From: Mizuhopecten yessoensis
Lineage: Eukaryota
Length of the DNA: 64,000 bases
Direction of reading: 5' to 3'
Assembly: GCF_002113885.1 (NCBI RefSeq)
Contig: NW_018407435.1
Span: 1,382,958 to 1,446,957, forward strand
The notes under the pieces are model-generated. The model was given only the letters and a program-made list of their open reading frames with translations, did not search any database and was not told where the DNA came from. Numbering within the stretch: the first letter of the stretch is position 1; every line of letters begins with the position of its first letter. Below are positions 14,001 through 25,401 of this stretch, in pieces. The position numbers and the translations under genes are program-made.

Positions 14001-16231
14001 GCTTGCAGTGCATTTTTCGATATATCTTGTTCCACACACAGTTTCTTCTTAGATGATCATGAGGTGATATATATTTGCATCAAAGAAGGTTCTGTTCATT
14101 GTCTTTTGTTTGCATCATGCAAAAAGGCTCCTTGTCTTCATCCAAAATGACCAGAAGTCAGGCGCCAGTCAAGAGTGGGCAGATTCTTACATGGAAATGC
14201 AAGGATTCTTGAATAAATGTACACATAAGAAACAACATCCAATAAGTGTCAAGGAAGGTTTACATTTATCTTCTAGGTTTTTGGAGGATACCCAGTTACA
14301 CGTCATCAACAAACATAAGCTCTGTATTACGACGCCACGACGCCACTATAAGTATAGGGGAACAGATGTTGGTTTCGTGGTGGAAGAAAGCCCACATCCC
14401 GGATAGCACGACATTGTCGGGCCAATGGCGCGATGCGACGATCACATATCGACCTTGGCCCAACCGATAAGATAAGCTGCATAGCCAACGACCGCATCTC
14501 GCCGTTGGCCCAACGGCAGTGTTAAGCTGCATTGCCAATGATCTCATCGCGCCATTGGCCCAGCTGTGGAGTTTAGCTGCAAAGCCAACGATCGCATCTC
14601 GCCGTTGGCCCACGGTCGGAAATTAACTGATCATCGAACCATAGTCTAACGGATATCCGGTATAGCCTCGTTCTGAATGCAGCTTTGCTGGAAAAATAGG
14701 AAGCGGGTACGTGTTGCAATGTCTTGACAAAAGTAAGTTACTGATGTATCAGCAATTATCTACGAGAAAGATGAAAACGTGTAAATGATAAAGTTGAATA
14801 TAATATAAAATCTACATTCTATTTTCATTGACAACTCACTTCAATTCGAATTCTGGTTGTTTAGCCCCATGTCCTGTTCGCACCATCTGCCCATATGACA
14901 TAATTATGGCATGTAGAGCGATGAAAATTGTGATTGGATAATTCCAGATCCCGATTTGCATATTTGCAAGGAAAGGTACTCTTGTTTGGTTGAAATACAA
15001 AACGAAACCGCTAAACTCTAAACTGTATTTTAAACAGACAGAAATGTAAAATATACCAGGCGTTGTTACAGGAGTCCAATTTTAGCATTATCAGATGGTG
15101 GCCCAACAATATTTTCAGATCATGGCCCTACAGAATTTTCTGCCAGCCCAACGGACAAAAAGCTGTAGGGCCGATGTTGTATGCCTACGTTGAGCCAACA
15201 GTACAGTTTCGTTGGGCCAACGTTGGCCCATCAGCGGTGTGCTATCTGGGATGGTAAAACCACCAGAGGGGTAACAACCCTATCAGACATCACACTCTTT
15301 TTCTGCCACCGCTGAGGAACAAACCCAAATTCTTTGGAGAGTGATGCTCTGAAGCTCACATTTGATTGCACCAATAGTAGTGATGACTGCCCGTTAGCGA
15401 TCGCAGCTAACGATCGAGGCACCCCCAGTTGTATACAGAAGCCTTTTTAATGTATGGTAAAGCAAAACAAATAACAAAAGGAGGGAAGCAACTCCTGAAT
15501 CCAGGTTCCCATAACAGTATTGATATGTATGCGGACTAGTTTCATCCCGATAGGCCGGCCGTCGTCAGAGCACAGCTATTTGGTGACTACACTGCAACTA
15601 CATGTGTACATGCATAAGTTGGTGGTGGAGTTACAATGATGGTCATGTGACTTACAACTCAATTTGTTTTTTACATATTTTGTTGCAACGATAACCATCT
15701 TACATACTAATGACAATTTATTTCACATTACACACATTTGGTACTAAAAATTTGAACTTGTCATACAAATGTATGCACCTCAGCCAATTTTTTTTCACAA
15801 ATCAATCTGAACTTATTATAGTCATATTAATAAAAAAAAACATCTTCTGATTTCGTCTGCTTTTTGATAATATTTTTTAAAGATTTTGTCAGGCGACACT
15901 TGTCGCTTTCAAGTACAACACATTTACAATGTCTATAATGGTACGCCGTCATACAAGCGTATGCCTTTCTTTTTTTTCTTTTACCTTCGATTGTTTGTTC
16001 TCTAGCGCCGACTCCATAATTAACCTTTCTTGTTCCTGCAAACAATCCAAAAGTAATATTTCCGGTGAATTTCCCAACTGTTTCAGAAGCATTTCTACTC
16101 AAAGTGTTGTTTTTCTTTTGTGCAAAAGCCGAAATCCAATGCTCTGTGACGAAAGCAGCCACAACAAGTCCTATTGCTGCTAAGCTTACGTATATTGTCA
16201 ATCCGATAAACACTTTTTTAGTTTCCCCCAT
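2100..16231 (-). CDS. CLRN: Clarin-family tetraspan membrane protein. Coding exons 16231-15985, 8534-8409 (probable cassette), 3241-3056, 2365-2100; 232 aa without and 274 aa with the cassette exon
   Basis: All junctions are GT-AG and phase 1, and they join in frame: MGETKKVFIGLTIYVSLAAIGLVVAAFVTEHW...GNITFGLFAG...YGVGAREQTIE | VKKELYEFGLFPYGLW...FSIFNIAGKPIETITGPMGLYLWNGLA | LLFTALGMVMY...DYSFYLLVAATGLYFINL...NGIILY*. Four TM segments, the N-x-x-x-x-P-x-x-T-x-x-G-P-x-G-L-Y-L-W-N motif, and a C-terminal ILY are typical of clarins. The specific paralogue cannot be assigned. Confidence 0.92.
5977..7392 (-). mobile_element. Non-autonomous Helentron-type (HINE/Pearl-like) element with internal satellite-like tandem repeats
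   Basis: Terminal stem-loop AGAGGCCCAGAGGGCCT with sub-terminal GCTCACCTG at one end. The other end has a (GACG)n microsatellite and an AGCTCACC...GGTGAGCT inverted repeat. Internal ~150-170 bp repeats contain CCACCATTTGTACAATTTTGAATCCC. A closely related copy lies at 24292-25401 in the opposite orientation. Confidence 0.8.
8409..8534 (-). CDS. Probable symmetric (phase 1-1) internal exon of the clarin gene, 42 codons in the first extracellular loop
   Basis: Acceptor GGTTTTGTAACAG, donor GTCAAT (weak), 126 nt, stop-free in the frame that links exon 1 to the next exon (VVCDGAAGYCLLYNTTAVDKKTKLQMVVDEYNNASTVLASSS). Higher GC than the surrounding intron. Confidence 0.72.
9269..9610. repeat. 19-bp minisatellite (CATGTAATGATGTCTGTGT/TT)
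   Basis: Directly visible tandem array of roughly 17-18 units in clarin intron 1. Confidence 0.93.
12140..12351 (-). mobile_element. tRNA-derived SINE with a conserved central domain
   Basis: The minus strand reads GGGGCTGTGGTGGACGAGTGGTTAAGG (A-box-like), followed by GGTGTTGTTTTCTGGGTGTTCCGGCTTTCCTCCACC, a motif typical of metazoan SINE core domains. Confidence 0.75.
12830..13118 (+). mobile_element. Degenerate miniature LTR element (TRIM) with tRNA-like LTRs (Helenus-like)
   Basis: Two direct repeats start TGTAGC (12830) and TGTAAC (12994). Each has a TAGCT(C/A)AATTGGTA..AGCG A-box and a GGTT(C/T)RAA B-box. The polypurine tract AGAAAAAGGAGGGAGGAA lies immediately before the second repeat. 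Confidence 0.72.
13897..14036 (+). mobile_element. Solo tRNA-like LTR of the same Helenus-like family
   Basis: TGTAGCTGAACTGG start, AGCTCAATCGGTAGAGCG A-box, GGGTCCCGGGTTT B-box region and a GCATTTTT...ACA end. Homologous to the LTRs at 12830 and 17789. Confidence 0.65.
14298..15423 (-). mobile_element. SINE-like insertion with a 7-bp TSD (CCCAGTT), itself split by a MITE
   Basis: CCCAGTT occurs at 14291-14297 and 15424-15430. The SINE core motif GTGGTGGAAGAAAGCC...AAAACCACC is interrupted by the MITE. A paralogous empty site lies at about 12720-12745. Confidence 0.6.
14398..15250. mobile_element. MITE with CCC(G/A)GATAGCAC terminal inverted repeats and a 2-bp AT target duplication (EnSpm/CACTA-like)
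   Basis: Left end CCCGGATAGCAC, right end GTGCTATCTGGG, AT on both flanks, and repeated sub-terminal GTTGGCCCAACG motifs. The superfamily is inferred from the CCC termini and 2-bp TSD. Confidence 0.78.
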
Positions 16232-17760
16232 TTCCTTAGAATTCCTCTAGTTATGCTTCACCTAGGAGCTCTGGTATTCGTAATGGACAGCTACATAGAA
16301 CAGATAACGAAAGTTGATAACAAACTGTCACACCCAAGAAAAACCGGAAGTTCAGCCCGATAGCTCGAACGCTTAAAATTTAGCCTAAAAGTCAAGCGTC
16401 TTGTTCACCTGGGATTGAATGTGACCGCACACCTCTCCACCTCGACGTAGACCTATTCGAAGGAAACACGTTTCGTTGGAGGTCATAAATCCGGACCCTA
16501 GTCCATTTTAATGTTGTAAGCTCATACTTCATTAGATTGAACCATATGTAATGTTTTGTTTGGTAAATTGAAAGAGTCCTTATTCAAAACACCGATCCGG
16601 TTACACGTGTGACATGACAACAATCAACACGATACAAATCATTAGCAAGTTGTCCAGCCTAGTTTATTCACCAAGGTCTTATCAATATTTCAAGGACCAT
16701 GATTCGTTATTTGTATGGTACCATTTATATAAGATGCGAACGCATGGTACTTAATATAAAAGACCTCAACATTTTCCAGGGTGATTTTGAATGGGGGGAG
16801 GAGGTTATCAAAATTGAACAGGACCGGAATACGTATTATCACATTGCCATGTTAAGTCTTCACGTAATAAAGAAATGTAATGGTACAAAGTACAGTGCTC
16901 CAGATAACTTTTGAACATGTGGGGTTTTTCACCCCTACCTCTCCAAAGTGTTGGGGTGAAAACTTAAATTTTAAACCATGAAGTGCTGTAAAAGCAACGT
17001 TTCCTGAAAATGTTGAAATAAGATGAATAATTTGTATGTGTTATTCTTATAGTATGCGGTTAAGAATGACTCAAATTCATATTTTTGTGTTGTCTTGACA
17101 TGTGGTATTATTTTTCCATTTCACTGTGATTGTGTTTAAATGTTTAAACCCAAAACTCAATGAGTTGCATATTTTTTTCGTTTGAATATATATATAGTAC
17201 ACATATCCTTCTTCGTTTTTTATCATTCCATATTCGAACAGCCCTTCTTGGCTCTAAGTCAGTTCAGGTCCTAACATGTTGATTTTCATCAATGTATTGA
17301 CAGTTGCTGCTTTGAGAGAGCATCTTAACCGTGACTTTAGGCGGTTTTGCACACTGAATGATCGTTCACATTCTATTGATGTTATACACAAGGTTAATGC
17401 AATTTGTGCTAAAACAGAAAAGTTTGGAATCATTTTTGAATGAAGTAAAACTACCCGACGATTGTTGACATTTTGATAGCGCCATAATTTAATTTTCTCT
17501 CGTGTTAGCGTTTGTAACAGGAGGCATTGATATGCAAGCGTCTCGGTGACTCACTGTAAGCGTATTATAATATGCTAAATTGGACCCGGAGACTGACGCA
17601 ATGTTCCGGATTTTGCTTGCGTGAATTAAGCAAGTTCATTTTTTTCTTTTGCGTAATTTGTGAAATATCGTACGTGAATACGCATTCACGCAAGCTATCT
17701 GGAGCACTGAAAGTAAATTGTGCATTGGTAGGATATGGTATAGTGGATAACGAACACCAA
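16232..17760. promoter_or_regulatory. Putative divergent promoter region between the clarin and PRELID1-like genes
   Basis: Head-to-head gene orientation, locally CpG-richer patches, ETS-like ACCGGAAGT at ~16343 and CRE-like TGACGCAA at ~17595. Transcription starts are not determinable from sequence. Confidence 0.4.
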
Positions 17761-17788
17761 GACCGTTGATTTTGGATCTATTCCCAAA

Positions 17789-18137
17789 TGTAGCAGAACT
17801 GGACTGGCCCTGGGTCAATCGTTAGCGACCTGCTCAATTGGTAGAGCGTCTAAGGTTTCGAACCCCGGCCTGGCCGTTGCATTTTTCCTCTCCTATAACA
17901 TTTGGTGCCTGTGACCAACCCTTGTTTCAAGTACTAGCTATATATAGGTGAATGTTTGACTTGGTTTGTAAATAGTTGTGTCTTCGGAGAGCAAAGACTT
18001 CGAAAAAGAAGGGAGGAATGTAGCAGAACTGGACTGGGTCGTGACCAAGTTACTCAATTGGTAGAGTGTCTGTTTAAAGTTTGAGGGTCCTGCATGGGTT
18101 CGAACCCCGGTCTAGCCGTTACATTTTTCCTCTCCTT
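17789..18137 (+). mobile_element. Miniature LTR retroelement (TRIM) with tRNA-like LTRs, PBS and PPT (Helenus-like)
   Basis: 5' LTR 17789-17900 (TGTAGCAG...TAACA). PBS-like TGGTGCCTGTGAC at 17903-17915 resembles the complement of the tRNA-His 3' end. PPT GAAAAAGAAGGGAGGAA at 18002-18018. 3' LTR starts at 18019 (TGTAGCAG) and is slightly truncated. Both LTRs contain an A-box and a TTCGAACCC B-box. Confidence 0.85.
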
Positions 18138-18159
18138 AGTCTAATTAAACCTGATTGGA

Positions 18160-18340
18160 AACAAAAAGGTATGGGTCATCTGCCCAACCAAATGAGTTTC
18201 TCCTGGTACTCTGGTTCCACTCACATTAAGAACACCCCCGGGGCCCCCCTCCACCTCTGCAAGCAAACATCCTGGTCAGCAAAGCATTAATTAAGTAGCT
18301 CTAAACAACTTGTTGCTCATAACTGTTGTAAAATACATTT
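18160..18340 (+). mobile_element. SINE fragment (core and tail)
   Basis: GAGTTTCTCCTGGTACTCTGGTTCCACTCAC resembles the SINE core motif and is followed by an AT-rich tail. Confidence 0.45.
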
Positions 18341-19614
18341 GTAAGTACATGTAATATCTATATCTAAATTGTGCATTTCAAAAATATATAATGCATATGG
18401 TAGACCCATAGACAATTAAGTCACCAAGGACATCTCTGTAGGTCTATATAGGAATCATTCATTTCAAAGACCAAGTTGTCTATGATGTTTGTTCGTATTA
18501 TGTAAAATATTCAATGACAAGTATATAGTAAGGAGCAAAAAAGTGTTTTATTTACTCCTTCTTTTCCTTTATTTTTACACAAATTATCTTCATTAAATAT
18601 TATCAACCACTGAATATACAATTAAAATTTCTTGGAAAAGGTCAGGTCTATCCAAAGTTCATTAGGTCTATACAAAAATGTTTACCAGTATCTCAATCAC
18701 AGCCCTATTGTCTATGTTGTATAAATTCTAAGACTGGTATATTGAACAGTATTATAGATAAGGAACAGGGCCTAGTAGCTAGCAGGGATCAAATTGCTGC
18801 AGTATATAGCATAACATTTGTATTTGTTCAATGAAATGTGAATTCACTGAGGTATAGAGTTGTCAAACCTCCCCCATGATCATTAGGAAGGGGGCTCCCT
18901 CATTTTTACTAAAATTTACCAATCTCCCCGAAAACTCCCTCATTCAAGTCCAAATTCACACAAACTCAAAATCAACATCCTGTGGTCAAATGATCTCCTA
19001 GTTACTGCAGGGTGTCTGTGTGTAATGATCATAACATTAACAGGTATGTCTGAATCAAATGAATGCTTTTTGGAGTTATTTTGATACATACAAAGGGAAA
19101 TATAAATTGAGCAAAGCAATTTCAGTCACGTTTCACACTTTCTCCCTCATTGGAAATGTGAATGGAGTGAGATCTCCCTCATTGGAAATGTGAATGGAGT
19201 GAGATCTCCCTCATTTGAGGTTTCAGATGTTGACACCCATGCTGAGGCCTATAATGTCAACTCTTTTTGTCAATGTCTCGTTTAAAGTTGTGCCAGCATG
19301 ATATATATATTGATAGCATCAAATTTGCATACAAAATGGCATTGATTAAATAGTTCAGATATTTTACTTACACTTTCTCTGGTTTTAAACATCTGTGACT
19401 GAACCAAACATAAGGTTATTGCTCCCTCAGCCTTTGTAAGAGCCTTTTTTGAGAGACACTTTTTTTTAAATCTAATATCCTGGAATTTTATTTAAGATCT
19501 CAGAAATGTGCATAACATAAATAATTGTACATATTATGACTGGTACACTATGGATTATAACTCAATATTATGATTATGTGTTTACAGGTAATAAAGAACT
19601 TCCCAGATGCAGCA

Positions 19615-21114
19615 ATGAAGTATTACACAGGAAGCTTTATATTTCCTTTCCAATGGGATCAAGTTGTAACTGGGTTTTGGCAGAAGTATTCCTTATCAAA
19701 CAGGTATTGCATCAGCAGCAGCTATGTTTCTTTTCCTTTTTATTTTCAAAATTTCACAAAGTTTTTTTATTGTCGTATTATGTTGATATACAGTGCACCA
19801 GTCAAGGCTTTCAGTCGACTCTTGGCATTGAAAGTAAACAAATATGAAATAAATACTGGTATGTCGTCTCAAATCCAAGAGTCAAAGACTAATTTTGGGG
19901 AGTCAATGACTAATTTTGGGGAGTCAACGACTAATTTTGGGGAGTCAACAAGTTACTCTCAAGGATTTTTTTGAAAGAAAGAAAATACAGTTGTATCTCC
20001 TTGTAAAATTCCAGTGTCTTTTTCTTCTGGTGTATCTGTTTTGAAAAGTTTTCATATTTCATACATTTATAATTAGTTTAACGATGTTTTATCAATTTTA
20101 GTAAACACATAAATTCCGAGGATGTGCTGTCACGGAAGATTGTTGAAGGCAAGCTTTTCTCAAAGAGACTCATCAACAAGTCGGCTGGCTCTGCCCAGAA
20201 GGTGGCAAACATGCTGTTTAACAAAAAGGCAAAACGGACATGGGTCATTGAGGAATCTGTTGTAGACCCGGTGGAGAAAACCATGGTTACCTACACACGA
20301 AACATTGGCCTCAAGGAATTAGCTGTAAGTATCTTACATATGTCTCACTTACCTACACACAAAACATTGGCCTCAAGGAGTTAGCTGTAAGTATCTTGCA
20401 TGTCTCAAGACCTAAACTGAGGCATTGGCCTCAAAGAATTAGATGTTAAGTATTTGATATGCTTCCAGAACCTTCTCATGAAATATTTGCTAAAATAAGT
20501 ACCTTGTATCATAGTGGTATGTAATATAAAGCCATCTGGAACCTAACACAAATAAACGTGGCCTCCAGGAATAAGCTTAATAATAATCCACCAGAACCTA
20601 CACATGAAACACTGGCCTCAAGGAACTGTTTGCTAAATTTCAACATTGCATGATCGATACACTATGTAGTATTTTAGTTCCAATAAGATGGGTTTTGTTT
20701 TCTAATGTTTCAGTTCATCAGCAAATAGATTGTTGTAAAATGATATATGAGAATGCTGGTATTCCTGAACTTATTTAAAGATGTTTTCTACAATTTCAGT
20801 TGATTGAAGAAAAATGTGTTTACAAAGCAAACCCAGAGAAAACAGATGAAGTCATACAGATGAAGAGCGCTTGGATTGACTCCAGTCATGCCTATTTAGG
20901 CAGAATCATACAAAACCTTGTTTATCAACATTTCAAACGTCGGGCAGGAAAGTCAAGTGGTGAACTTCTTGGTGTCTTAACAAAACTATATAGCATGGAA
21001 GTGGCCGACCCCACAAATAGCTCGGGTATCAGACCCCTACTGAAAGATCACGACATCACAGGAAAGGCAATTCGTGCGGGCAAAAGTGTCGCTCAGAAGA
21101 CGCCAAAACTTTGA
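19615..21114 (+). CDS. PRELID1: PRELI/Ups-family mitochondrial intermembrane-space lipid-transfer protein, PRELID1-like. Coding exons 19615-19703, 20102-20324, 20800-21114; 208 aa
   Basis: GT-AG junctions join in frame: MKYYTGSFIFPFQWDQVVTGFWQKY...SKHINSEDVLSRKIVEGKLFSKRLINK...WVIEESVVDPVEKTMVTYTRNI...LIEEKCVY. This matches the PRELI motifs WDQV..FW.KY, EDV..R, E.S.VDP...M...T.N and EE.C.Y. Confidence 0.9.
20289..20625 (+). repeat. Degenerate ~60-bp tandem copies of the PRELID1 exon end and splice donor
   Basis: ACCTACACA..AAACATTGGCCTCAAGGA.TTAGCTGTAAGTATCTT recurs at ~20289 (exonic) and ~20350, with more decayed copies at ~20410, ~20541 and ~20595. Confidence 0.8.
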
Positions 21115-24100
21115 AGGTGCCTTAATTTACATAGCTGTGTGGATGAAGTAGTCGGATTTATCTTCGGGTGAGGGGATGAATATTTGATTTGGATAAGTTA
21201 CAGGAACGATAAATCATTTTTGCTCTTTTGGTAGTCAATACCCGGTGTATTTATGAAGAGAAAAAAAGTAATAGAACAATGCTTACAATTAATTAGATCA
21301 TCTCGGTCAACTTTAGAAGTTTTTATAATTCTTTAAAAAAACAGATTCAAAAAGAGAAGAATATTTTTATATGATTAATTTTTATCCCTTGGAGCTTGTG
21401 AATACGAAGGAATGTCAATTTGTATAACTTGTAAACTATACTGAATTCCTGCGCTATAGAATGTTCAAAACAATCTGATTTTTTTGGTTTCAATCACTGT
21501 GAAGATTTTTATTAATTTCTAACAAACCTTTGAAGTTTTACGTAACAAAATCTTATAAGAGTTGATTGTGCTAATGCTGCATGGTGTATATATTATCCAT
21601 GCTTTGTGTGAATCAGTTTGTACCTGTTTTCATCAAACCTGTTTCCTTATAAGTTGAGTGCTAGATTGACTTAAGGAATTATTCCATGGCCATGATGCCA
21701 TACAAGTTAAGTTATAGGGAACAGATTACACACACAATCTATGTAAAACAGGGTTGTATGGAGCTTTTATACAACGTGGGTTAAAACGTTTGTTTTATGT
21801 TCTGATTCATGAAACCATGGATGTGTAATTGTGTATGTGAAAAAGATATTAAGGAATATACATCAACTGTTATTGACAAATGGTAGAAAGTCAATATGTG
21901 AGGTTGTGTTGAGATTATTACCGATAGTTTGGGGTGTATGCTGAGTCATCAATCTTAAGCATTGTGACATCTACCTCAATAAAACATAAACACCCACCGC
22001 CATCAAGAATCATGTACAGCTAACATGTATTCAAAACATTGTATTAGAAGAAACAGTTATGGTTTTAAATGGAATTCATGGTTTCAAAGTTTAAATGTCA
22101 TTTTCCCATAATTAAGCATTGCCATTTTGTTTGACTGATGCAGAGTAAAGATGAAATTCTGTAAATTTCTAACTGGGAAAGAGGCTATAATTATGATATA
22201 CATTGAATGTATATATATAATAGAGACCATTTTTTACCAGTTTGATAGAGATTCTACTGATATTAACAAATGTTGTGTCATTTTTAGCGATTAAAATACC
22301 TCAAAAAGCATCATGCATGTGATAAAAACAAAAAACAAATGCAAAAAATTAGGGACTTATACAAACTGCTTCTCTCGTATGATTATCATACTATCAAAGT
22401 TTCACAAGTTTGTTCCTGAAACTAATTCACTCAATATTGTTAAAAGTCTTAATTAGAAGGTAATAAATTTCATGGTGTTAATGTACAGTGTAAATTAAAC
22501 CCCAGGGGAGTTTTGTCTGTAGTATACAGATTTTAATTTGTTTTACAAGTTCATGAAGATACAATCTTCGTAAGATACTGTATTCAGTTTAGTAAGTGCC
22601 CCAGCCCTTAAATGTTCTTCATCTTAAAGATGTTTTCCTCGTCAGAGCGTACATTCCTTTCCCATAAATTACAGACTACCTTTAACAGAGTGTCTTTAGT
22701 TAATGTTTAAGAATTTCACATCTTGGAACATTCTGCGATTGTTCTTATTTTCCAAAGTTCATAAACATTTATTAGAAAAAGCAATGTGCTCTAGTTATGC
22801 AACTAAGTGTAATTTTATAAATTACCTTTAAAGACTGAGTGTGAGATTTGTGACAAAATTGGAAAAGAGACCAAATTTTCGATTGAAATGGGTCCATGAA
22901 TACGTGATTTCATTGCATTTCTATTACACAGATCAATCCCAAATATTTATATTACATTTTCATATCTAGAGAACCAGTCCGCTGGTAGATTTTGAAAAAA
23001 TCTGCTAGCCCAATCAATATCTACATAGTAGATATTTCCATATATCACTGGCCTTGACAGAACATCTACATTTTTTGCGCTCTGCATACAATTCGGTCCA
23101 AGTGCATTAGTTTATCGTCGAATATTTCCACTTGAACTTGTTTCAACTGGGATATGCGAATGCGGCCCAAGTCAATTTGATGTCATGTCAGTTTCAAGTC
23201 AGCTGGAAAGGGGGGGGGGGGGGGGGGGGGGGGGATCATGTGAATTCAGGTTATTTTTTTTATGTCAATTCCCCATCAATTTCAGGTCAAGTTAAGATCA
23301 AGTTTTGGCCTGAAATTGAATTTTCTTGCTCATTTTAGGTAAAATTGACCTGAAAATTAGACCTGAAATTAACATCAAGAAATGTTGTCTGTGTATGGTG
23401 TAAATAGTGGATATGTATATTTCAGCTATACATCTGATTTGTATACTAGCTAGTATATAATTTACAATTGCAAAGCAAAATATTAAAGTTAACATGGTTT
23501 TAACAGAGAATTAATTCAATTATATAGGGAATGAGATGATTATGAACCAAAGCCATTTTTTTACAGGGCAGCTTAGAACATGTGCTTGTGTGTGTCACCA
23601 TTTTAAATACCATTTTTCAATGAGTGTCTGGTTTGACTTAATTTTATTCATAAATGCTTTTACTTTTCAGGGACAGATACAACTCGAATGTGTTTATTTT
23701 GGAGGTTTATGTATACAAGACAAACCTAAAACAACTTTTGTTATTATTTTACCTGGATAATCTAATGTTCTGATTGTATTCAAAATCTGTAAATGAAAAA
23801 TTAGAAATTTCACAATTATTGTGAAAGTTCGCTTTTGAAAATTAGCTAGACTGAGCAATAGTTTTTCAGTGTAGAATATTGCAAAAACTATCAAAATGGA
23901 ATGGAAGCTATGATTTCATTTTGTGCCTATGACCTATGATTTGTGACAAAATGTTTATGTGTGTGCTTGTGTGTGCTTGTGGAGAAAATTATTAGTGCTA
24001 GCTAGTGACTGATGTCATCAAAAGATTGATTTAACTTTGTTATGAACATGTAATAAAAAAAAATATGAAGTAAAACAAGATTTTGAATTTATCTTTAAAG

Positions 24101-24291
24101 GGAAAAACCAGAAGGGAACCAAGATTTGGTGACGGGTATACTTGGACCTAAACTGAGGTGTTCAGAGTGATTTAAACACATTAATGGGGTTTAGATCAAC
24201 TTTTGGTAAATCATATAGATATACTATGAGAAAAATAACCAGTGATTGCATTTAAATACAAATCTTACTATAGTGATTACTATTTGATTTA

Positions 24292-25401
24292 TTAGCTCAC
24301 CTGCCATACCGTTGTGTCCGTCGTCCGGACGTCCGTACGTCAACAATTTCTTTAAACGACTTCGTCTTCTTAACCACTTATTGGAATTTAACTAAATTTG
24401 TCTGGAAGCATCCCTAGGTGGTGGGGATTCAAAATTGTACCAATGATGGGGCTGACCCACCAGGGTGCTGAGGGGCAGGGCCAAAAGGGGGAAATTTGGC
24501 TATACTGCTTTAAGCGACTTCTTATATGGAACTAAGAGACGGATATCAACCATATTTGACCGGAAGCATCCCTAGGTGATGAGGATTCAAAATTGTACAA
24601 ATGATGGGGCTGAACCACCAGGGGGCTGAGGGGCAGGGCCAAAAGGGGGAAATTTGGCTATACTGCTTTAAGCGATTTCTTCTCTGGAACTAAGAGATGG
24701 ATATCAACCATATTTGACTGGAAGCATCCCTAGGTGGTGGAGATTCAAAATTGTACAAATAATTGGGCTGAGGGGTGGGGCCAAAAGGGGTTATTTGGCT
24801 ATATTGCTTTAAGCGACTTCTTCTGTAGAACTATGCCATGGATATTGATCATATTTGGTCGGAAACATTCATGGAAGGCAGGGATACAAAATTACACAAA
24901 TGGTGGTGCTGACCCCCCGGGCTAAGGGGTGTATTACTTGGAAATAGTTGAGATCCCCACCATATAACCATGGTATACAATTGCTGAGTATAAAGAGAAG
25001 ATTGCTCATTTGATTCCAGGATGGCACTAGGGTCTGGCTCTGCCCTTGGAGACATACCTTAGTCCCTGGGCCATAACTTTAAAACTGTTGAGATCCCCAC
25101 CCCAAAACTATATATACAAATGCTGGGCATAAAGAGACAAATGCAGTCATGATATCAGAATAGACCCGCGGGTCTGACCGATCCCCTAGGGACCTAGTTT
25201 CTGAGTCAAAGCTTGGAAACAGTTGAGATCCCCACCCCATAACCATACATAAAATTGCTGGGCATGACAAAATCTAATACAGTTATGCTACAAGGATTGG
25301 CCTTGAGGTCTGGCATATTCCCTTGATCTCCTTTGGAGAATATTTTGCCATGATTGCTAAGGTATCCAGGTGAGCGACACAGGCCCTCTGGGCCTCTTGT
25401 T
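24292..25401 (+). mobile_element. Second copy of the non-autonomous Helentron-type (HINE) element
   Basis: Reverse complement of 5977-7392: TTAGCTCACCTG start, GTCC microsatellite, tandem repeats, and a CAGGTGAGCGACACAGGCCCTCTGGGCCTCTTGTT end. Part of the 5' inverted repeat is deleted. Confidence 0.8.

Noticed and set aside
12845-18125. Functional tRNA genes at ~12850, 13030, 13945, 17830 and 18050
   Set aside because: A and B boxes are present but there is no consistent acceptor or anticodon stem, and the sequences are embedded in LTR-like repeats.
23209-23234. Poly-G run and the Gly-rich ORF at 23132-23338
   Set aside because: Simple homopolymer in a probable 3' UTR with no coding signal.
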